DNA of 64,000 nucleotides from Octopus vulgaris (Eukaryota), in assembly GCA_951406725.2 (NCBI GenBank), contig OX597831.1, forward strand, positions 58,590,001 to 58,654,000. Direction: 5' to 3'. Positions 54,225 through 64,000 of this stretch are shown piece after piece. A program made the position numbers and the translations under genes. The notes beneath the pieces are model-generated. The model was not told the origin of the DNA. It searched no databases and was given only the letters and a program-made list of their open reading frames with translations. The first letter of the stretch is position 1; the number at the start of each line of letters is the position of its first letter.

Positions 54225-55925
54225 TCCTCGAAAGTTTCGAGGATTTTATAACTTTTTTATAATGTCCTGGAAAATTGGTCGGAAAGATCCTGGCAAGTTC
54301 CGAGGATTCCATGGAAAGTTCCGGGATACGCCAACTTCCTGGGAAATTGATAGAAAACTCCCCGGAAAGTTCCGAGGATTCCATGGAAAGTCCCGGAGAT
54401 TAGCCAACACCCAGGAAAATTGATAGGAAACATTGGAAAGTTCCAAGGCTTTCATGGAAATTTCCGGGGAATTCGCAATTTCTTGGAAAAATGGTATGAA
54501 AGATACTAGAAAGTTCCGGAGATTTCCCAATTTCCTGGAAAGTTGGTCAGAAACATCATGGAAAGTTCCAAGGATGTCATAGGTATTTCCGGGGATTCCC
54601 CAATTTCCTGGAAAATTGGTCGGAAACATATTGGAAAGCTCCGAGGATTTCCTAATTCTCTGGAAAATTGGTCGGAAATATCCTGGAAAGTACCGATGTT
54701 TCTCCCAACTTGCTGTGATCTCCCAACTTGCTGGAAAATGGGTCAGAAACACCATAGAAATTTCCGGGGATTTCCCAATTTCCTTGAAAATTGGTCGGGA
54801 AATATCCTGGAAAATTCTGAGGATTTCTTGGGAAGTTCCGAGGTATCCCAAGTTTCCGGGCAATTTGACCGGAAAAATCCTGGAAATTTCAAGGATTTCA
54901 TGGAAATTTCCGTGAATTCTCCAATTTCCTGGAAAATTGGTTGGAGACACCCTGGAAAGTTCCGAGGATTTCATGGAAAGGTACGGGGATTTACCAACTT
55001 CCCTGGAAATTGGTCGGAACACTTCCTGGAAAAATCGGAGAATTTCCCGGAAATTTCCTGGGATACCCTAAGTCTCGGGGCAATTGATCTGAAACATCCT
55101 GGAATGTTCCGAGGATTTCATGGAAAGTTCCGGGGTTTTCCTAATTTTCTGGAAAATTGGCCGGAAACATCCTGGAAACTTACGAGTATTTCATGGAAAG
55201 TACCCGGGATATCACAAAAAGGAAATTAGTCGGAGAGACCCTGGAAAGTTCCGTGTATTTCATGGGAATTTCCGAGATTTTCCCCATTTCCGGGAAAATT
55301 CTTCGGAACACTCTGGAAAGTTCCGGGGGTTTCATGGAAGGTTCGTAGGATTTCCCAATTTCCTGGAAAATTCATCGGAGACTTCCCCGACTTCATTGAA
55401 AATTGGTCGGAAACATCCTGGAAAGCTCCGAAAGTTCCGAGTGTTTCATGGAAAGTTCCCGGGATTTCACAACATCCTGGTCGGAGAGATCCTGGAAAGC
55501 TCCGAGGTTTCTTGCAAAGTGCCATTCCTGGGATTTCCCAATTTCCTCGAAAATTGCTCGGAAACATCCTCGAAAGTTCCGAGGATTTCATGGAGAGTTC
55601 TGGGGTTTTCCCAATTTCCTGGAAAATTGGTTGGAAAGCTCTGGAATTTTCCGTGGATTTCATGGAAATATCCAGGGATTTCCCAATTTCTTGGAAAATT
55701 GGTCGGAAACACCCTGCAATGTTCCGGGGATTTCGTCGAAAGTTCCGAGGATTTCCCAATTTCGTGGAAATTTCGTCGGAAACTTCCTGGAAAATTCCTG
55801 AGATTTCACGGAAATTCCGGGGGTTCCCCGACTTCCAGCAAAATTGGTCGGAATCATCCTGGAAATTCTGAGTATTTCATGGAAAGTTTCGAGATTTTTT
55901 TAACTTCCTGGAATGCCGGTCGAAA
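54225..55925. repeat. Degenerate ~73-bp satellite built from three GGAAA-initiated subunits
   Basis: Consensus by eye GGAAAATTGGTCGGAAACATCCT-GGAAAGTTCCGAGGATTTCAT-GGAAAGTTCCGGGGATTTCCCAATTTCCT; roughly 20-25 units. Confidence 0.9.
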
Positions 55926-56604
55926 ACTACACTAAATCCTTCAAAATTACCATGTGTCCTAAAATCCGCCAACAGTACAGCTGATGGCCATTTTTTCTTT
56001 TTAGTTGTAGTTCACCTGAGCACTGTATGCAACAATTTCCTTCATCCTTATATATGTGCGTGTGTTCACTTTCTTTGCAACATTTTATGGCTGTTTGTGA
56101 ATGTAATGTCACACACTTCTGTTCCCACTCGTGGTACCCTATACAATGTTCAATATTTGGTGCAAGACTGTCTCTCTTTTCCATCTATTTCTCTGTCATT
56201 CTCTCCCATCTATCTACCTCTCTACCTATCTGCTGCTTGTCTCTCTTTACTGCCATCCATTTCTTCCTCTGTCCATCTCTGTCAACTACCTACTGTCTAT
56301 TTTTATTCCCTTATTTCTCTGCACTCTATCTTTCTCCCTACTTGCTCTTCCCTAACCTTCTCTACTCTCTTTCTTCACTCTTTTGGTACCAAAAGACAAT
56401 CCAATTGTTATTACTCATCGTTTTTCTACTTGTCCAGTTCATAGGTAAGACGTCATTGTTTAATGTCCATTTTCCATACTGGAATAGGTTGAATGGTTCG
56501 ACTGGGGCCTGGGAAGCGAGGGGGCTGCACCAAGCTCCAGTTTGATCTGGCAGTGTTTCTACAGCTGGATGCCCTTCCTAATGCCAACGACTATGTGTTT
56601 ACCC

Positions 56605-56648
<44 letters not shown>

Positions 56649-56653
<5 letters not shown>

Positions 56654-56944
56654 AAAATATTACATTATATAATTAGGGCTTAGTAAAATAAATTACTTTG
56701 CCACATACTGAACTTAGTAGAAATAGCAGCCAAAAATAATTTTTCTAAGCATTTCTACTACTTAAAGAAAATTTCTCTCAGATAATGTTTACTCCAGACA
56801 GTAAACATTATCTGAGAGAAATTTTCTTTAAGTAGTAGAAATGCTTAGAAAAATTTTTTTTGGCTGCTATTTCTACTAAGTTCTATGTGGCAAAGTAATT
56901 TATTTTACTAAGCCCTAATTAAATATTGTGTAATATTTTGAATT
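56649..56944. mobile_element. Near-perfect ~295-bp palindrome abutting (TA)n
   Basis: ~145-bp arms, loop CCAGAC (56794-56799). Confidence 0.9.
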
Positions 56945-57271
56945 CGCCTTAAATGGTCCTTTTACATACTGAACACTTGGTGAAATTGATTAATTAATTA
57001 ATTTTACCCTCAATTGTTGATATATATATATATATAGCCAATGACTGGTTATTTTTAATAACTTGACCATTCCTCCTTAACACTGTTTTCAGATACAAAA
57101 ACACAGACACACACACACACACACTCTCACAAGACAATGATGAAAAGGAAATACATACAGCTGGATTTACAATCACTGTAAGCCAAGAATTATTTTTGAC
57201 AAACAACTATCAACAAAATTTCTACCATTCTTCCTCCTTTCCTTCTTTTTCTTTAATACCCCTTTCAGATT

Positions 57272-57311
<40 letters not shown>

Positions 57312-57874
57312 CTCTCTCTCTCTCACACTAGACAATGATAAAAAAGAAATCCAGTAAATTTTTTCGAAAAATGACACTTTACCCCCCTTGGAGTAAACAT
57401 CCTGACCAGCTACAAAAGAGACCAACAAAACAATTTTTTCTTCTTTCTCTCTCTTTTCTTCCGTTCCTTCTTTTTCTTTAACACGCTTTTCAGATACAAA
57501 CACACACACACACATGCTCTCTCTCTCACTTTTTCCCCAGTCATCACTCTCTTGTACTATCTTATATCCCTCCTCACCACTACACACTCAATAACACTGT
57601 AAAAATGGTCAAAGTTTTCCACAAGAACTTAATTCAATTTGAAAACTCCACTAGAATGGACGAAAGCGCTATAATATATGATATATGATGTATAAAAGCA
57701 TGTAATATACAAATAAATATCTGTAAATATAAAACCATCCGAATTTCTGAGTACCGAATTTCTTCAATATACAAGTATCTTCAAAGCCAGATCATTTGAG
57801 ATTACTGCATGAACCTTTGCAAGAAATCCCGCAAGAGAATATTCATGTGATGAGTAACGTGTCTAATAGGACCC

Positions 57875-58290
57875 TACTCTTTACTCTTTTACTCTTTTAC
57901 TTGTTTCACTCATTTGACTGCGGTCATGCTGGAGCACTGCCTTTAATCGAGCAACTCGACCCCGGGTCTTATTCTTTGTAAGCCAAGTACTTATTCTATC
58001 GGTGTCTTTTTGCCGAACCGCTACGTGACGGGGACATAAACACACCAGCATCGGTTGTCAAGCAATGCTAGGGGGACCAACACAAACATACACGCACACG
58101 CATATATACACATATATACATATACACGACAAGCTTTTTTCAGTTTCCGTCTACCAAATCCACTCAAAGGCTTTGGTCGGCCCGAGGCTATAGTAGAAGA
58201 CACTTGCCCAAGGTGCCACGCAGTGGGACCGAACCCGGAACCATGTGGTTGGTAAACAAGCTACTTACTACATAGCCACTCATGCGCCTA
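57875..58290 (-). mobile_element. tRNA-derived SINE (same family as 13542-13958)
   Basis: Minus strand GGTTCCGGGTTCGGTCCC, CCTTGGGCAAGTGTCTT and family tail. Confidence 0.88.
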
Positions 58291-58419
58291 TTAAATAATG
58301 CAAAAGGCATGTCTACTAAGTATTAAATATTCACATTATAAGAATTACTAAATAATTTGAAATTATAATTTCTGATTTAAAGAAATTTTAATGATTATGA
58401 TGCAATCTATTCGCTTTCG

Positions 58420-58905
58420 CCGAATGTCCTTCAAAACGTCGAAGTAGAAATCTAAATTGACGGTCTGGCCCTGTAGGACGAATTCTCGAGGAACAATAAC
58501 ACATTTCCGGGGTTGACAGATCTTCCAGATCACTCATCGTCTTCTAGGGAAGTTCTTCCGCTTTTGAAGCGCCTGTGCCATTCGAAAAGTTGCGTACAAC
58601 CCATCACCTCGTCCCCGTAAGCTTGCTGTAGCACGCTCAAAAATCTCTGTAGCAGACATCGCATGCTTAAAGCTGAATTTCACGATGGCCCTTTGTTCTT
58701 GTCCATGACAAAATTGGAGATTACACACAAACCTGATCACAAAAACATAAATTTCACAACTTACGAAGTAAAATCAGCGATGTCACTCGGCACACTGCCT
58801 CATGAAGATCCCTGCTAGCTCTCACTGAGTATGGAACCGTGTGCCGCCATCTGTTGGTGCGTTACAGAAACAGAACTAGTCCAAGAACTCTTTCATATAA
58901 CTTCG
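58420..58905 (-). mobile_element. Internally deleted mariner element (5' end and HTH)
   Basis: EQRAIVKF...SATEIFE, LQQAYGD, FEWHRRFKSGRTSLEDD, EFVLQGQTVN..FY; terminus TA-CGAAG. Confidence 0.8.
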
Positions 58906-61079
58906 TATATAAATATACATATATATCCATATATATATATATATGCGTATATATATATATCCATGTAAATATACATATATATATATATATATATGCATAT
59001 ATGCATATATATATGTATATATATATATATGCATGAAGATCATATACCAGATATTTGCTTTCTTTTAAAATAATACATAAAACTATATATTTCTTCATGC
59101 AGAATAATTACCCGATAATCTTAGAACTATTGTGGTATACTGTGCACTAGATTTCATGCATGAAGATTATCATCAATATGCCAAGCTCCAAGATTTGCTT
59201 TTGTCAGGATCTTAATCGAAAACAATGAATCGTATAGAAAACTAGACCCGAAAATTGATCTTATTTTGTATGCCGTGCATTTAAAGAATGGAAATCTTTC
59301 ACTGAGACATTTCGAAAGGTTAAAATCTATAACCAAAAATATTCGCTTGACATCGTACTGAAGGCCATGAAATGTTCAGTCTCAGAAATTTTCTCCTCAC
59401 TTTAGTAATTATGACAATCAATGTAAATTAGAAAAAAGAAAAAAGTTACAGTTGCACAATGATACTGAAACAACATTCATAATTGCTTTTTCAGACTGTT
59501 CCTCAAGTACTTCAAGTAGCATAATGAATGATGCAAAACTATTTTTGTTAAAATAATTGTATAGTACTTACCATTATTATAGTGATATGTTTGTTTCCCT
59601 GTGAAGTCTGTGTTGTGGAGTTGAATATATTTATAAAAATATACATTGCATATCTCAGACGAAAGTTATCTACCTAACAAAGAATTTTATTAAGATATAC
59701 GATGGTTTGAAATAATGTTCGGAAGATATCACGCTCTTTTGCCGAGGGCAATACGTTTTTCACACCATACGCCGATATTGTGGGCCCATATATTGAGGTT
59801 GTAAGGTAACATGGACAAAAGAAATATCTGTTGACGTCGGTGACTTGTCAAGTTGAAATGAAAATCGTTTGATATTACAATGTTTTGAATTTTTGAATTC
59901 CTATGCTTTTTGTAATCTTGTAATGATTTAACTATCACCAACCCCATTGAAAAGTGCTTCTTTTAAAAGCTTGCTATTGTGATACATTTCTTTTTCTTTT
60001 GTGTGGGGCAAGCGAGGGGTGAAACACTTTGAGGGGCACGTTACAGGTATTTTTAGATGTTATCACGTATCTTTTATAGACACACTGCTGTATTGACGAG
60101 TTTGATTTTTATTTATTTATTTCCTGCATTTGAATTAAGATTATGTGCGTGGCAAATATTAAATGTGAGATTAGTGTGGAAATAACATTAAATAATATCT
60201 TTGTTTTGTTATTTTATGAACGCCAATCCACAATTAACGAATACAGCAAAATTGCTCGAACTTTGTCGTGAATGTGAGACATATTGGGGTTAAAATGGGA
60301 CACATAGTGCAGTTAAAATTTAAAACAACATTTACAGAATCTACCTTGCGAAACGAAATATAGGCACACTGTTAAGTGCTGGAGTCTTGTAAATACGAAA
60401 GGATTTGCTTTCATACTTCTGGCAAACAAACGTTGAAGGTTTGCTAAATAAATGTGGTAGGTGTTAGTTTTGGTAAATCAAAATGAACGTTTCGACAAAC
60501 CAAACTGAAAGAATTTAGAAACGAAGCCGTTAGTTTTTCTTTTTATTAATAGTGTAGATGAACTATATATCGTATATTTTATCTTCAGTAAAATATTGTA
60601 AGTTAAATGCGTACAACGCAATATAGTACTTGTGGTTTACAAAAATAAAATGTTTGAAAATATTTCATGGGTCACAAAAAAAAAAAAATTTGGGGAATAT
60701 AGCACGTTTAAGTATGTAACATAAAAAAAAACTGAAATATAAATTTTTAACCGCCTATGACAGACGTGTGCAACAGGATCGATAGGCATCAAGATACTCT
60801 CACACAGGTACGATACTGAAGGCTTCAGCTATATATAACTGATATGTTTAGGTAGTTGTAACTGCTTTGAAGTAAACTTTACCTCATTCAGAGCTTTCTT
60901 TAAGCTACTCCAAAACAACAAATGCAATTAGAAATAGGGTTTCATGACTTTGATAAAAGAATACAAATATGCCCCACGAATATTTTTTATTTGTTTTAGG
61001 CTTATGTTAATTTCCTGATGGATTATTTTAACTTGTAGCTGAAATTTTGCAGATATAATACAAAGGAATTAATCGGACT

Positions 61080-61900
61080 GAATAGCTTGTCTCAAGATTA
61101 ACACTCCGAGTCTACCTTCTCTCTGTTACCTCACCAACCTATATCTGTTTTACTTTGGATTATCAAGTTGTGTACCAACATCATTCGATCAACCATCTGT
61201 CTAACTCGAATCGTTGCTATCGTTTCATTATACTTGATACTTTTGCACAAAGGTTTATATAATATTATTACACCTTTCCCGAAGCTCACATCTAATTTTA
61301 ATAGTTTAATACTATCAACCTCATTTAACAAGAAAAACTTGCCATGGCTACACACATTTACCCTCGTGGATGAGTCACAGACCAATGGAATCAGTATCTT
61401 CCAGTGGAGTAGAAAAACAATATCATTTCAACTTTATCTCCAATATTTATCTTGCGAAAGGGGACAGTAATCTGACAACGTTCCTATGTTGGCAGCAACA
61501 GAAAAAGTTCAGTACGGCAATTCTCTCGATAAAATAACAACAAAACAACAACAGCAATTGCAATAATAATTCAACTTCAACAACAGTATTCCTCCATTAA
61601 TTCCATTTCATAAGATTTTGCTGTGTCCCTGCTAATCATGCAGCCTGCATTCATTTAAGCAAAAATGAGATGCAATGATCTGTTAAAGAACAGTACTATT
61701 TGACATATTTCCATAGCCAGCTCAGTGTGAAGCCAAATATCTTCAGATTATCGTCTCCTTGTAAACTTCTGTGTTGATCTTATTGTATAAATCTGCCAAA
61801 TAGCATTAGTTAACGCAGCATTTAACAACCAGTTATCACTCCAGTAAAGAAAAAAAAATCGCAAAACCTAAATGCAAACAATATAATTCAGGGAATTCTG
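61080..61900 (+). mobile_element. Highly degenerate Penelope-like RT remnant
   Basis: Colinear fragments RVYLL..HQP, IVSLY..L.HKG, LAMATH (cf. GVAMGT), GVEKQ. Confidence 0.4.
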
Positions 61901-62498
61901 AATATGAAGGAGCAATAATGCTATAGAAATATATTTGAATGTATAGCATTCATACGTAGAACTTTTCACCAATCCCGGTAATTTGAATACGCCATTTATC
62001 CTCACAAACCAACCTTTATGTATTTTCGATTGCAAGTGTACTGTAAAAATATACAGCAAAATATATGAAGACTATTCTTCTTCTTCTTCTTCTTCTTCTT
62101 CTTCTTCTTCTTCTTCTTCTTTTTCTTCTTCTTCTTCTTCTTCCTCCTCTTCTTCTACGTCGTTATCACATCGAAAAAAAAGTTGCTTTGCGGTATTTGT
62201 TCCAGCAAGTTATCTTTCTAAGTTCAAATCCTACCAAGGTCGACTATATCTTTCATCTTCCGGGATGGGTTAAAATAAATGGCCGTTCGTGTCTAGTGCC
62301 AATAGTATCATTTTACAGTCCTTCTCAAAACTGGTCATGCACTGAGAACGGAAACCATTATTCAAGTCCAGCCGAAGTCAAACTTGCCTTTCATTCTTTG
62401 GGAGCTGGGTGACTAAAGCTGGTTTTATATCATAATTAGACATTACTATAGCTTTACTTCTCAGAACGTTCAGTCTTGTTTGTTCTGGTACCTTCTGC

Positions 62499-62553
<55 letters not shown>

Positions 62554-62557
<4 letters not shown>

Positions 62558-63257
62558 TAGTTTTAGTTTTATTTTTATAGCGTGCTTTCACTTCACTACC
62601 GAGCGCAGCTCTGTGTGCCTTGGGTATGTGCTGTGATTTGTTGTGATGCTCTGATGGTTATTGTATGGAAAGTGTTCTGCGTAGGATGTGGGCAGTGCCT
62701 AGTAGTGCAATTTTCTGTATGTTATATGTGTTTGTAAGTCCTGGTGTTTTTGTTATGTATTTGTCTGAATATTTTTTTATCATGCCTAATGCACCTACTA
62801 TGATAGGAATTGTTTCTGTTTTCAGATTCCACATTCTAGTTACCTCTATTTCCAGGTCTTTGTATTTTGAGAGTTTCTCCATTTCTTTTAGAGACACGTT
62901 GTCATCTGCCGGTATTGATACATCAATTAAAAAGCATTTTTTTTCTTCATGATCTCTGACAACTATATCTGGTCTGTTGGCCTTAATTTCTCTATCTGTG
63001 TGTATCGGCATATCCCAGAGTATGGTTGCTTTCTCGTTTTCTGTGACCTTTTCTGGTGTGTGCCTATACCATCTTTTTTCTGTTGTTATTCCATAATGTT
63101 GGCATAGCTTCCAATGTATGTAGGTTCCAACTCTGTCATGTCTGTGAATATATTCCTTCTTAGCCAGGACTGGGCAGCTAGAGATAATATGATTTATTGT
63201 TTCTTGTCCATCTCCACATATTCTGCAGTTACTTGTAATATTTCTTTTCATTACATG

Positions 63258-63261
<4 letters not shown>
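62554..63261 (-). mobile_element. 5'-truncated R4/Dong-like non-LTR retrotransposon 3' end (CCHC plus REL endonuclease) within (TAA)n
   Basis: Uninterrupted ORF 62658-63251: CRICG..ETINHIISSC..LAKKEYIHRHD, NRPDIV, IDVSIP, EKLSKY; (ATT)n on both sides. Confidence 0.9.
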
Positions 63262-63307
<46 letters not shown>

Positions 63308-63878
63308 CATTATTATCATTATTATCATTATTATCATTATTATCATCATTATCATTATTATTATGGCGTGCTGGCAGAATTGTTTGCTTAACGGTATTTC
63401 TTCTGTTGCTATGTTGCGAGTTCTTTCCGCCAGGCCTTTGCCGCTTTACAACATGTGTTGGTGTGTTTGCCTCCCGTAAGCTAACGTTTTGGCAAAAGAA
63501 ACTGATAGAATAATACCAGTGTTAAAAGAATATGTGCTGGGGAATGCTCTTCGCTTTTGGTAATATCTGTTAAATATACAGTTATTTCAATGCGCCCTCA
63601 GGTGGAAGTGGTGAATGTGTAGTTACTAGTGGCATTAGCACCTTTAAGTCATTCGATGGCTTGATACCTTGGATTTTAACATTGTATTTCTTTTATCTCT
63701 CACTTGTATCACTCATTAGCCTGCGAATTGTTAGTCGAATGAATCGACTTAAAGTACATAATTTTTAGACTGGTACTTATTTTATCGGTCTCTTCAACGA
63801 AACCGTTAGCTTACAGGACATAAACACACCAACACACTTAGTTACACGGTGGTAGCCTGGCAGAAAGATATCTATCTG

Positions 63879-63975
<97 letters not shown>

Positions 63976-64000
63976 ATGTCTGTCTGTCTATTCATCCATC

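Noticed and set aside
54225-55925. CRISPR-like appearance
   Set aside because: No unique spacers, degenerate tandem units, eukaryotic context and no cas genes.
54073-55935. Long overlapping ORFs (up to 271 aa) on both strands
   Set aside because: A consequence of a stop-poor satellite; no domain and no frame consistency.
57086-57530. Three degenerate ~200-bp tandem units with CA/CT runs
   Set aside because: Ordinary local duplication of microsatellite-rich sequence.
59565-59610. Another possible 27-nt minus-strand exon ending G|GTAAGT
   Set aside because: No polypyrimidine tract; compatible with chance.

Overview
AT-rich, microsatellite-dense animal DNA. The SINE families and repeat landscape look like a cephalopod (octopus-type) genome; this is an inference. 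No intact host protein-coding gene is visible, and nearly all ORF-track entries are microsatellite or repeat artefacts. The window is a graveyard of mobile elements: Tc1/mariner, MULE, Ty3/gypsy pol, RTE, HERO-like and R4/Dong-like non-LTR remnants, Penelope-like (PLE) RT and GIY-YIG remnants, many tRNA-derived SINEs, MITEs and a ~73-bp satellite. The most interesting signal is a set of unrelated foldback (long palindromic) elements, mostly next to (TA)n or (TAA)n tracts. Their arms carry minimal hammerhead-ribozyme folds with palindromic stem III, as in PLE terminal repeats. Across families the core 3-8 tertiary pair appears as C3-G8, G3-C8 and U3-A8, which is natural covariation. A strongly signalled 27-nt microexon candidate on the minus strand hints that the window may lie inside a large intron. 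All alignments and folds were done by eye.
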